A stretch of 64,000 bases of DNA from Narcine bancroftii (Eukaryota). Below are positions 12,479 to 25,000 of this stretch, in pieces. The notes beneath the pieces are model-generated. The model did not search any database and was not told the origin of the DNA. It saw nothing but the letters and a program-made list of their open reading frames with translations. Both the position numbers and the translations under genes were made by a program. The stretch is from NCBI RefSeq assembly GCF_036971445.1, contig NC_091470.1:187674001-187738000 (forward strand), in the 5' to 3' direction. Every line of letters begins with the position of its first letter. Position 1 is the first letter of the stretch.

Positions 12479-13005
12479 TCAGTCCCCCACGTTGACAGGG
12501 ATAATTTGCAATGGATCGCTGGACCTCCATGGACAGAAGAAAGGGTGGATGCGTTCCTGAAAATTGGCTTGGAAAACAAACAGCTTCTGTTTGGTGTCTG
12601 TGTCATGAAATGAGACATACCCCTCGTCAAGGTTCAGGTAAACACCGACGTGGGTGGGCTTCTTCTGAAGGTTCACCACTATATTTGCCTTGTCTTTCGC
12701 CTCGTAGATGTCCCAAAAGCGCCCAAAGCACCAGAAGCCTTGTTCCGGGCACAGGATGACCTTGCCCTTGCGATTCACCGACTCCCTGACCACTCCCAAG
12801 TCCCAGTTAGTGGACCCCTCCACCGACACCTCCCAGTAGTGCTTGCCCTTCTCAAAGAAGTCCGTACCCAGGATGAAGGGGTAGCGATCGAACCTGGCGG
12901 GGCTGTTGGTGACATTGTGAAAGCTGCCTGGTGCACAGACTCCAGTCTGGTCATCGGACACCTTCAGGTTCCCGTTGGCTGTCTCGGGGTCCAGGTGAAC
13001 TGTAA
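12479..13005 (-). CDS. BTN-like terminal B30.2 (PRY-SPRY) exon
   Basis: VTVHLDPETANGNLKVS...RFD...GKHYWEVSV...WDLGV...VGVYL...VSFHD...HPFFCP, with LDP, YWEV and VGVYL motifs. Acceptor ttcacag| at 13006; TGA at 12479-12481. Confidence 0.95.
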
Positions 13006-16000
13006 CTGTGAATAGAGTGTTGTCAGGCCGGCGAATCTCTACTGTGGTCAAGAAGCACTCCTGCCATGCCCAATAAATCAATCCCAGATCTGCCCTCATT
13101 TCCAGTTCCGATCTGCATGAAATTTAACATTTATCAGAGCTCATTCCAACACCCTCCTCCCACTGTGGTAACAAGAACCCTTGAGCCTGGGGTGAACAAG
13201 ACCTTATGAGCAGAAATACCGTATTTGTCAGTGTATAAGATGGTATTTGAATCTTAAAAATGTCACCCCGAAACCAGGGTTGTCTTGTACGCCAAGTAGA
13301 AAATCCAAATTTTAATATTGCAGGATTCACATGGACACAAAACACTTGCATAACTCACACTGTCCTACTGCTAATTTTTTTTCAACTGAAAATAAATAAG
13401 CAAATTAATTTAAACAATTACAATGTGTTATAAACCTGTCTAACATACTGTGTATACTCGTGTAATAGTCGAGCTTTTTGGACAAATTTTTCAGGTCAAA
13501 TTTGATGGGGGTATTGACTTTTCCATGGGCCATACTTTTGACTGGGTACTTTTGAGCTCGGATGGCGAGTCTGGGGAGTTGGGACCTCAGATGGGTGGGC
13601 AGCCGGGGCCCAGGAGAGGGTCCGTGGCCGGGGTGTTGGGAGCTCGAAAGGGCAGGGGTGGGAGCCCAGGAGAATGTCTGTGGTCGGGGCATTGGGAGCT
13701 CAGATGGACAGGCGTTCAGGCTGAGGACTCAGGTTCGGGAGCTTGGATGGGCGGGCAGTCGGGGCAAGGATCCATGGTCAGGAAGGGCAGGAGCCCCGGT
13801 GGACGGGTGGTTGGGGCGTCGGGAGCTCGGATGGGCGGGCAGTCATGGCAAGAATCCGCAGTCAGGGCCTTGGATAGAGTGTGTGGCCGGGGCGCTGGGA
13901 GCTCGGGTGGGACCCTAGGGAGCTGCAGTGGCCGGGTGGCCAGTACGAGGATCTGAGATTGGGGCGCCAGGAGCTCAAGTAGGTTCAGTCGGGGCATCAG
14001 GATCTCAGATGAGTGGGCAGTCGGGTCAAAAACAGGGGGGGGGGGGATCATGAGCAAAATGTAATCTTTGGCCAAAAAAAGGGTTGGCTATTACACAGGA
14101 TCAACTATTACACAAGAATATACGGGACCTTAAAACAGCACAGCAAACAAAACTGAGAGCAATCGCCAGTCACCATTTGCAACCGCTCATGAACAGTCTC
14201 AGCACTGCCCCGTGGGGTCCATCCGCCTGGTGTTGGCTCTGTACAGGCTTTAAACGGCCTGTTAAAGGAGCCAATGGTGGTTCATTTTAAAAATATGCCA
14301 ATAAAATTAAAACCTTTACAGGGTCATTTGCTTTTAAAATAATGTGACAGCTTCACTGTACAAGTGCCAGACTCGCTGTGATCTTATACAGCGAGTGTAG
14401 CTCAGAATCTACATGTAGTGGAAATTTTGGGGTCATCTTATACATGAGTTGCCTTATGTGCTGACATGTATGGTAGGCTGTTCAGCCGACTGAGTCTGCC
14501 TCGCCATTTTAATCATGAGCCTAGCCGACCATTTTCCCACTCAGGCCTTCTCCCCATAATCTTTGCTGCTGTGGGTTGACCTCACTCCAGGAATGCCAAC
14601 TGTGTTCTGTGTAACCCTCCTCGACTCGGCCTCACTTCCTCCGAGAGGAGGTGGGCTTCAGGCCCGTGAATAAACTGTAACATCCCCCCACACCACCCCC
14701 CCCCAAAACCACCCTCACTCAGCTTCATCCTTACCTGAATGTCGCACCATCTTGTCCCACTCTAGAGAGAGAGAGTGCATTAGTGCTGATCCATGAGACT
14801 AGATTCACCAAGTGGCCATGCAGCCTATCAAACCCAGCCCAATCCATGGTTGCCCTCCACCTAGATCCACAGATTGAAAGGGGGTGGGGGGGGGGGGGGG
14901 GAAAGAGAGAAACTGGTGAGGACAGACTGGTGAGGAGGAGGGAAAACTGGTGAGGCCAGACTGGTGAGGACAGGGGGAATTGGTGAGAGACTGGTGAGGA
15001 CAGGGGGGAAACTGGTGAGGACAGACTGGTGAGGTCAGACTGGCAAAGAGGGAGGGGGAACTGGTGAGGACAACCTGGGTCATGAACCTCACAATCTGCG
15101 AGCTTGCTTATTTATACCGCAGACCTCATGCTATTAACCAGGATTTAATTTTTTCAGCTGCCCTTGGGGAGGGGTGGAACCATATCCTGGAATCAGGAAT
15201 CCCGTTATATGTCCACAACATGACCCTTGTGGGAGTTTTCACACCCAACTCCTGATCGCAACCCTGCCTGTCCATTTCAAAGTGAGATTCCCTAGATCAA
15301 CGGTCTGGGGAGAGGAAGTAATTTCCAGAACGTCTTACCTATGGAGTGGAGAAGCTTGTCATATTCTGCAAGAGATGGATTCAGATCGTACATTAATATT
15401 TGGCAGTTGCTTGAACAATGCCAACCAGAAGTCACTCCTAACACACATCCCATAATCTCAGCTCCCCCACCCTCTCCCCCACCGGTTCCTGCTAACCCTA
15501 TCTCCCTCAGGACCACCTTTCCCCTCGCCTACCTCTGCTTCCCCTGCCTCTTCCTAATCTCCGCTCCACACCTACCCTTCCCTCCTCTCCCTCACCTCGG
15601 CGTCCATCTATTCCTCCCCTTCCCTCTGCTCCCCCCTTCTCTCCAGTCCTCTCCCTCACCTCCTCCATCCATTCCTCCCCTTTCTTCACCTCCGCCCCTC
15701 CCCTTCCCTCCAATCCATCACCACCCCTTACCTCCACTATCACCTCCACTCCATCTCCGCTCCTCCCCTCCCTTCCACTCCTTCCCTTCCCTCATCTCTA
15801 CTCCTCCCCTTCATCTCCACTCCTCCTCTTACCTTGACCTCCATCCATTCCTCCCTTTCCTCTGCGCCTCCCCTTCCCTCGTCCCTCACCTCCTTTCCTC
15901 TTTCCCTCCACTGCCTCACCTCTGCTCCTCTATCTGTACTTCCCCTTCCCTCACCTCCTCTCCTCCCCCTACATTCCTCCCCTTCCCTCTGCTCCCTCCT

Positions 16001-19000
16001 TCTCTTCACTGCCTCACCTCCTCTCCTCCCCTTCCCTCCCCTGTCTGTTCCTCCACCTCTCCCTCACCTCTGCTCCTCCACCATTTCTTCCCCCCTCCCC
16101 ACGGCTCCACCTCTGCCCAGACTACACATTCTCACAGCAATGTACACACCAGCATGTGGGAGTGAAATAAAAGAGTTAAATTTAGAGATCATACCGGAGC
16201 AATCCCTACCTGATTTGGCAGCAAACCTTTCCTGTTCTGGAAGCAGAATAAAAAATGTTAAAACCCAAGCCCAGATCCCACTCCCCCAGACCTCCCCCAC
16301 TAACCACAGACACACACCTCCCTCAACCTCAATCTCTCTGCCTGGTCTGCCCCCAACACCAGGTTACAATCTCTTCTCTCCCGACATGAGCCGCTGATTC
16401 AGCCCCTTTGAGCCCTGCAGTTCAAGTGAATGAATTTTATTCATCTTCTAACCTTTGCATTGGTACCCCCCCCCCTCCTCCCCACCATTCAGACTGCTCA
16501 AAGTTTATGGGGTCCCCTTCCTTCTGAAGCAGTTAAGCTTTGGTTCCTTCTGCACTGCTCTCCTACTGACTCCATAAAAACCTTTTAAAAATTGCTTCTT
16601 AAATGTGCTGTGACCTGCCAGGGGTGCCGTAGGGCCCTTTTTGAGAACATTTGGGCTATAGGAAGTGAAGGGGCTGCAGTGAGAGGTTCTCATGGAACTT
16701 CCTTCGAAGAGAGGGCAGTGAGAGAGAGAGACTTGCACAAACCCAGTCTTCCCAGCTCAAAGGAACGTGTCCAACTTCTGAAAGCGCTCAGGGCACCCTC
16801 TGGTCAACGCCACGTGACGCTGCTCTCTCTGTCCTTGCGTGTGTATCAGACCCTTCACAGGGTCTGAGAATGAGGCCCCACCAGTCTGCTGGAAGGGGAG
16901 GTTTTAGATACAGTAAAGCCCCTGGTGTCCAGCTCCTGTGGGGATTGGTAGATGCCGGATACGTGCATTTTCCGATTTCATTGAGACTTTCTCTTACACT
17001 AATTACACCTGCATTAAAAATAAACAGTTTGAAAGACAAAAATACTAGACTACAAGCTAGCTACTGCTTTCTGCTGCCCGTCCCACAAACTCTACAATTC
17101 CGGATGCCAAATTCAGTTTGTGAAGGCGACTGTCACAGTCGCCAGGAGGTGTGTAGCAGTCACATGAAAGCCTGACTCCAAACTAAACATCGCATGGTGG
17201 AATACAGAGATACAGAGTCGTATTCCCCTGGAGAAAAATCGCGCACAATTTAAGGAGGAACTATGGCAAATTTGTTAGGGTGGCAGGCTTACCTGCAACA
17301 TATTGGTTCACAGATCTAGTTACACCATTTCTAAATAGAAGGAAGGAAAAAATCCGTACAAATAGAGGAACGATTGAGATAAAGGAAGTGGGTCGGGGCG
17401 CAGACGACATTCTTGTTTCGCATCTTTTTTATTTTACTTTATGTTACTCTGGGCTTACAATTTGATTCCTTTAACCATATAACAATTACAGCATGGAAAC
17501 GGGCCTTCTCGACCATTCTAGTCAGCACCGAACTAAGTCCTCTCCTCTAGTCCCACCTACCTGCTCCTTGCTCATCCCCCTCCCATCCATACACCTATCC
17601 AATTTTTCCTTAAATGGCAAAATGGACCCTGCCCCAACTACTTCTCCCGGAAGCTCATTCCACATGGCCATCGCTCTCTGAGTGAAGAAAGTCCACCTCA
17701 TGCAACTTTTGCTCCTTAACCCATGATCTCTTGTTTCAATCTCTCCTACCCTCAAGGGAAAAATCTCATCTACGTCAATCTTAATACTTCGATATATCCC
17801 CCCTCAACCATCTACGCTTCAAGGAATAAAGTCCGAATCTGCTCAATCTTTTTTTGTAATCTAGATTCTGAAACCCAGGTAACATTTCCATAAATCTTCT
17901 CTGCACCCTCTTCCCCTTGTTGATATCCTTCCTATAATTCAGTGACCAGAACTGCACACAATATTCCAAATTTGGCCTCACCAATGCCTTGAACAGTCTC
18001 AACATCACCTCCCAACTCCTGCATTCTATGCTTTGATTTATAAAGGCCAGCGTACAAAAAGCCTTCTTCACCACCCTATCCACATGAGGTTCTACCTTCA
18101 GGGAACAATGAACCGTTAGTCCTCGATCTTTCTGGCCCACTGCGTTCTTCAGTACCCTCCCGTTTACTACGCATGTCCTGTTTTGATTTATTTCTTCCAC
18201 ACTTCTCAGCATTAAACTCCATCTGCCAACTTTCGGCCCACTCTACCAAGTAGTCCAAATCCTCCTGCAGTCTCTGAAATTTACTAATTTACCACCCCTT
18301 TATGTCTGTTTCATTTACATCAGCTTCTCCTTGTGATAATAGGGTCTGGAAGGGAAGGGAGAGGGGCGGGCGTGGGGGAAAATCATTGTTTGAGAAGGTT
18401 GGATTTGTGAGTCTTGGAAAATCAAGAATATTTGGAAGTAAAAACGAGGTGCACTTTCCTGGGTGGGAAAGGGGGTGGTGGGTGAGGTCTGGACTCTCTC
18501 ACCCAGGGAAAGTGCATGTGTAACGTGTCACCCTCTCCTTTCTCAGTGTACTGATCACCGCGTGGCCACCATCTGGCTCGCCTGCCAGGTGGTCACTGCC
18601 AACAGCCTCTCCCACATGACTGCAATGCCTTCTTATCGGTGTAACCCCCACCCATCTTCGTCTCAGCGAGACCAAGTGTCCGGCGGCATAACTGGATGGG
18701 TAGGTATGGCTCGTTTGCCTTGGTTGGCAGCCGGCCTAAGGCCCCTTTTCCACCGGCATCCCAATGAATTGGCCGTGCCGTGTCCTGGGATAGGAAGCCT
18801 CTCATGCCGTTTCCACCAAGCCACCCTTAACTGGGGGACAATAATGGCTTTTCCACTGAGTGCAACTCATCCTTTAACTGGAAACAGGCAACTTTCTGCT
18901 CTCCCTCTTCCACTGGTTTTATCAGCAAACGTTGGTGATATCAGTATGGGTAGAGGCGATTAATTCCCGGTGTGAAATGACGTTATTTGACGCCGGCTTT

Positions 19001-22000
19001 CGGATCGGGTGCCAGTGCAAAAGGGGCTTAGGAGGTAACCTCTGATTTCAAACGCAGGCAGATGGGGCTGTTAGCCTCGTCAGGCCATCCACCTACAAAC
19101 CGAAGACCTGGCTGTCATCTCCCCAGCTTGCTGGGCCACGGCAGATACACCCCGGGTATAAAGGGTGGGGCCAGTACTACACACGCTGCACTCCCCCTTA
19201 AAATAATCGAAGGTCGTGCCTGCGTCAACCATCCTTCCTAAATCTTCGATCGCGAAGCCAAGCATGATGATTAGATAATAAATGCACAACAAAGCCTAAT
19301 CTGGGGTGGTACAGTCTGAAGGACCAGCAGCCGAGAAGAGCATGCCCACCTCCCCATCCACCCCTACCGCGGCCCCACCACACCCTCCCCACCAGCAGCA
19401 ACATCTGCTCCTTACCCATTCTCTGCAGTAGATCCTCTTTCTCTGAAAAGGAGAGAAAGAGCATCAATTAGACCAGGCGTTGCTGGCGCAAGGTTGGCAC
19501 CCTTTGGTGAAGCCGAAACCCTACCGGGGTAACTAATGAGGGATTACAGATTGTATTTTGAACAGAGGTTTACTAAAACCACAATGCGTCAAAACGACAT
19601 AATCTATACAGAACTACATCTGAACATACTGCAGGGTATGCGCCACTTAACGTGCACGATATGTTCTGTGAGACTGGGCGTTATGCTAGGTGCATGTTGG
19701 CCAAACGCCATACTATATACTTAGCAAAGTTATATGGTGTACCTATAAACTTCTTATTTGTAAATAGGGATCAGCATGGCGACCTAAATAGAGCTATGGG
19801 GAGAGAGCGGGGGCAGTAGGATCAGTGTGGGGACTGATACAGGGCTGTGGGGAGAATGCGGGGAAGTGGGAACAGTGTGGAGACTGATATGGAGCTGTGG
19901 GGAGAGAGTGGGGCAGTGGGATCAGTGTGGGATTGATAAGGGGCTGTGGGGAGAGAGTGGGGCAGTGGGATCAGTGTGGGAATACAGTCTACAATTTCCT
20001 ATAGATAGCAATCGCTTTTTATAAACTGTTGCGGTCGCTTGCGGTAACTGAATAATTATGGGAGAACAGACGTATATGTGATCGAGCTTTGTCTGAACAG
20101 ACATTAGGCGGTGGATACCTGTATTTACATTGTTGGAAATTTGAAATAAACAGTAAACAACACTGCCCCTTTGTATACCACACTTAACCCAAAAGAGGGG
20201 GCAGGCTGTCGGTTCGTCCAGAACACTCGACCGTCCTCCTCCTCAACCCACCAATAGCCAGGCCCCATAAACAACTCGAGTGACCCACCCACCCTCCCCT
20301 ACTGTACTGGGTAACCGTAAATCAAGAAGTGTGGGGAGAGAGCGGGGGCAATAGGATCAGTGTGGGACTGATATAGGGCTGTGGGGAGAGAGTAGGGCAG
20401 CGGGATCACTGTGGGGACTGATACAGGGCTGTGGGGAGGGAGTGGGTCTTGGATCTGTGTGGAGTCTGATACAGGGCTGTGGGGAGAGAGTGGGGCAGCG
20501 GAATTAGTGTGGGGACTTATACAGGGCTGTGGGGAGAGAGTAGGGCAGTGGGATCAGTTGGGAATGATATGGGGCTGTGGGGAGAGAGAGCGGGGGCAGT
20601 AGGATCAGTGTGGGAATACTCAGCTAGAACATGAGGAGCAGGCCCTTCAGGTTGGCAAAGTGGGGCTGGAACCTGTCCCATTGGCGCTCTCCCCTGCGCT
20701 TACCTTGTTTGCATTGAGTCTGTTCCAGAGCTGCAAAGGGGAAGGGAGGGGACAAATACAGGGGGAGAGAAATTAACATATCAAAGACACTGGCTGCTCT
20801 GCGGTGACCTGTGTGACACTCGTCAGGAAGGAGCCACAGCGACCACACCTCTCGAGAAGACTAGGGACCACCATCACGTCAACCTGCCACAGGAGCTCCC
20901 TCGAGAGCGTCCTGCATGCTGTAGACCCTCGGATCGGAGGTCAATCCACAGGCCCAAAGGTTTGGCAGAGAAGATCAATAGAATCACCCTTTCCCCACCA
21001 CCCCACCCACCATCGATGTGATCTACCGGGATTGTTGTCTGAAAAGGGCGCGCAAAATCATTGCGGGCCCCTTCCACCCCGCGCACACAGCAGCTGTGAG
21101 GAGATACAGGAGGATCAGCACCTTGTCCACCGGGCTGAGGAACAGCTTCTTCCCACGCGCAGTGAGAACAGCTGAATGTCCGAAATAACAATGGGCACTA
21201 ACCCTCTAGTTTTTATATTTGTATACATGTACTGTATATGCCTTGTCTGCCTGTATGTGTATGACGTCTGGCTGTGAACGCCGGGTCAACAGATTGTACT
21301 TCTACAATCCAATGTCAATAAACTTGACTTTGAGTGGCAGGGAGCCTGGGGTCAGTGATGGGCATTTAAAGAGAGAGCTGGCTACTGGGAAATAAAAGAG
21401 GGATTGCCTCATTAGGAAGGCACAGCAGCGCGCCTGCACTTCCAAGGAGACTGAGCAGGGCCCCCACTTTGAAAATATTTCACGGGGGCACAACTGAGAG
21501 GGTTCTGTCTGGCTCCGACGTCAGGAGTCAATACAGAAGATCGTCAAAATGGCTGAGAAGATCACTGGGGTCTCCGTTTCCTCTCTCGACGATATTCACT
21601 GGCAGTATTGCTGAAAAGGGCCTTAAAGAATTATTGAGAATCCTTTCCGTCTGTTCAGCTACAACAGTCAGCACTGGTGCCTGTTATAGCATGACGTTCA
21701 GATTTATGAAAGGCATCGATAAAATTGACGTAGGCAATTCATTTCCACCGGTAGGTGAGACTAGAACCAGGGGACATAGCCACAAGATCTAGGGGAGTAG
21801 ATTCAGGACGGGAATGAGGAGGAACTGCTTTTCCCATGGGGGGGGGAGGGGTGAATCGGCGGGATTCGCTCCTCGCTGAAGCAGTGGAGGTGACCTCAGT
21901 AAACAGGGTTTAAGACATTGGACAGATTTTTACAAAGTAGGCAAATGTAGGTGAAAAGGGAAGTCGGTGGAAATGAGCCCGTCATCAGATCAACCGTGAC

Positions 22001-25000
22001 CTCATTGAATGGCAGAGCAGGCTCGACGGGCCGGATGGCCGACTGCCATTCCTTTTTTGAGGGTCAGTGTTGCCTGCTCAACGTTGCAAAGGGAACAGCC
22101 ATCGAGGTCATGGTTGGGGGGGGGGGGGGGGGGGAGAAGAGGGAATGCTCCCGACCTCTCCACAAGCCCACTGTTTCACCACCACTTACCGAGTGTATGG
22201 TACACATTGGCATATTCTGAAAGGAGAAGCAAACCAGTTTCAGTAACAGGAGAAACTCACCATACTTTAGCAAAGATAGAGACATGACCAACGTTTCAGG
22301 CTTGAACCCATTATCAAGCTACGAGCAAAATATAGGCGGGCGTCTGAATTAAATGGTGGGGGGGAAGTGGGTGAGTAAGGGGCAGGGGCACAGGCCAACA
22401 AGCAGGAGGTAATTGGTGGGTACGGGAGGAAGGGCACACCAGCAAACGGGGAAGATGGGGGGCGGGGGGACATTTCTGTGAATGGAGAGGGAAGGGGGTG
22501 GAGAGCTGGAGGACAGAGGGATCGGGGGGGAGTGGGCCACGTTAACACCATCCAGTTGGAGGGTGTCCAGACACAATAGTGGGTGTTACCCCTCCAATTT
22601 ACGGGTGGCCGTGATTGGCCGGTGCACGAGGCTGTGGACGGACAACTTTAATTGTGGCTTCCCATCAATTGTGGGTCTTTTCATGAACTCTAAGAGGAAA
22701 AAAGGAATGTTACTGCTTAGTTATAGTCTTGCAATTTCCATGCTGAGCTGTTCGAGAGGTCAAGCCCGAGATCAGGGTGAGTTTCTGCCTTCTCACAAAC
22801 CATCACTGACTCGTCAGGACGGGACAACCTCCACCTACCGCACTGATATCTGCCACTAGCCCACTTGAAATATGTCTTTTATATAGGGGAATTAGTAGGG
22901 AGTCAGCCTACGAGGAGAGGTTGAGTCATCCGGGACTGTACTTGCTGGAATTTAGAAGAACGAGAGGGGATCTTATAGAAATGTATAAAATTACGAAAGG
23001 CAAAGATTAGATAGAGGTTGGCAAGTTGTTCCCATTGCTGGGGGAGACCAGAATCAGGGGAGATAGCCTGAAGATCCAGGTCGGAGATGAGGAGGAACTG
23101 CTTTTCCCAGAGGGAGGTGAACCTGTGGAATTCGCTGCCCTTTGAAACACTACAGTATATTTAAAATAGGGTTGGATGAATTTTTTACATAGTTGGGGAA
23201 TTGAGGGATTACGGGGAAAATGCAGGTCGGTGGAGATGAGCCCATCAACAGATCAGCCTGAATGGCGGAGCAGGCTCGATGCTCTGATGAAAGAGCAAAC
23301 CATAGTCTCTGTTCTACATTCCACGTCATCGCGCCATTACAGCGTCAGCGATCCAGGCTCGAATCTGGCGCTGCCTGTTTGTACGTTCTCCCATGTCCAT
23401 GTGGGTTTCTTCTCACGTTCCAAGGACAGAAGCACGGTCTTTGTGTAGGTTAATTAATCACATGGGTGTATTTGGGCAAAGGAGGCTTGTGGGCCGGAAG
23501 GGCCTGTTACCTTGCTACATCTTTAAAAATTACATTAATTTAAAAAAACTTTCTCATCTGAAAGAAAGTTATGGTCATGACATTGTGGGAAGGATGTAGA
23601 GTAGGGGGGTCTGCAAAGTGATATCGACCGCCAGGGGTAGACAGGACCATCTAGAGCAGGGGTGTCAAACTCAAATTCACAGAGGGCCAAAATTAAAAAC
23701 ATGGACTAAGTCGGGGGCCAAATATTTATTGAAAATTTTCAATAACATCTGCATGTTTTCTCTTCTTTCCAGAAGAAGCATTAACAAATGAGAAATAAAA
23801 TATTCAATAAATAATATTTCTCTATAGCCTTTAAGCTCCTTTTAAATGTATTTTTTTTCACAAGCCAACAAGTCAAAAAAAAACACCTTGCTTCAATGAT
23901 AAACAGGTTTGTGTTTTAAAATGATGAACATATAGTCTGCCTCCACCTGTCTTGAAAGGTCCTGCTTTCTGTCTTTCGTTTGGCCATTTTTCGTATGGGG
24001 TTTATTACATGTGAGTTAGGCGACAGGTCGCAGATGCTAGTGAAAGTAAAGAGAGAAGGTGGGGGCGATTAGCGGGCTGACGGGCCGGCGCCAATGCATT
24101 TGCAAAGCATTCTGGGATTTGTAGTATTAGGCTGTGCATGTGCTATACTGGCACGGCGGCCAGCGGGCCAGCTCTAATACATATTTGATATGATCTTGCG
24201 GGCCAAATATAATTATATCACGGGCCAAATTTGGCCCGCGGGCCTGAGTTTGACATGTGTGGTCTAGAGGGTCAATAAATGCCAGGTGGGTCAATAATAC
24301 CAGGGGGAAAGTCAATAACACACAGGTGGAGGGTGTCAATTTAAAATACTGCCTCCACACCCCCACGTACCCCATCCCCCATCCAGCACAGGTGGGGTGG
24401 GGGGGGGTAGAAAGCTGACCTGCCACGAACCTTTATGCCCCACCTCATCGCGCACCCACAAGCCGGCTGCTGATGGCCTGTGGACCCCGGGCCCCTCGGG
24501 CCCCTGCATTTAACAGGTAAGTGTCCTTTCAAAAGCCAGACTGTCCAGCCTACAACCGGACGTCTGGCCACCCTACCCGGTGGCCACCCCTCTCCCCTCC
24601 ACCTGTGCCTAGTGCCAGGATTCCATGCCTGGGGGGGTGGGGGGAGAATGGGGGGGGTGTCGATGAGTAGTCTCTGAAGGGATCGATGGTCTAAAAGGTT
24701 GGGGACCCCTGATGTAAAAGCTTCGGAGAAGATGCAGAGAAGGTTCACCTTGCTCTGCTCAGCACCATGGAGCGTAACAGGCAGGAGAGTTTTGTTTCAA
24801 TATGGTGCCATGGGCAAAGGCGTTGTTCCTACATCGTGCCAACTCTGGCTCTAACCTCCAACCTGCTCACCTTTTATCTTCTGCTGCAGTTTTCGACTTC
24901 GGCAGCAGATTATAATGATGACAAGAACAGAAACCAGAAGAAAACTGAACATACACCAGAAAGCCACCATCCATCTTGACGTTTGGGGGAAGAAGACATC

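Noticed and set aside
15225-15251. Possible eighth 27-nt BTN microexon (GVGCENSHK)
   Set aside because: Weak donor (gtcatg) and no polypyrimidine tract; likely chance.
15341-16397. Pro/Leu/Ser-rich plus-strand ORFs
   Set aside because: Polypyrimidine low-complexity intron sequence, antisense to the BTN gene.
17125-17143. Perfect palindrome GGCGACTGT-C-ACAGTCGCC, possible RSS or hairpin
   Set aside because: Not the CACAGTG heptamer, no nonamer, isolated, and probably the end of a repeat.
17293-17328. Strong donor CAG|gtaagc in a BTN intron
   Set aside because: Available acceptors give a 23-nt frameshifting exon or an in-frame stop.
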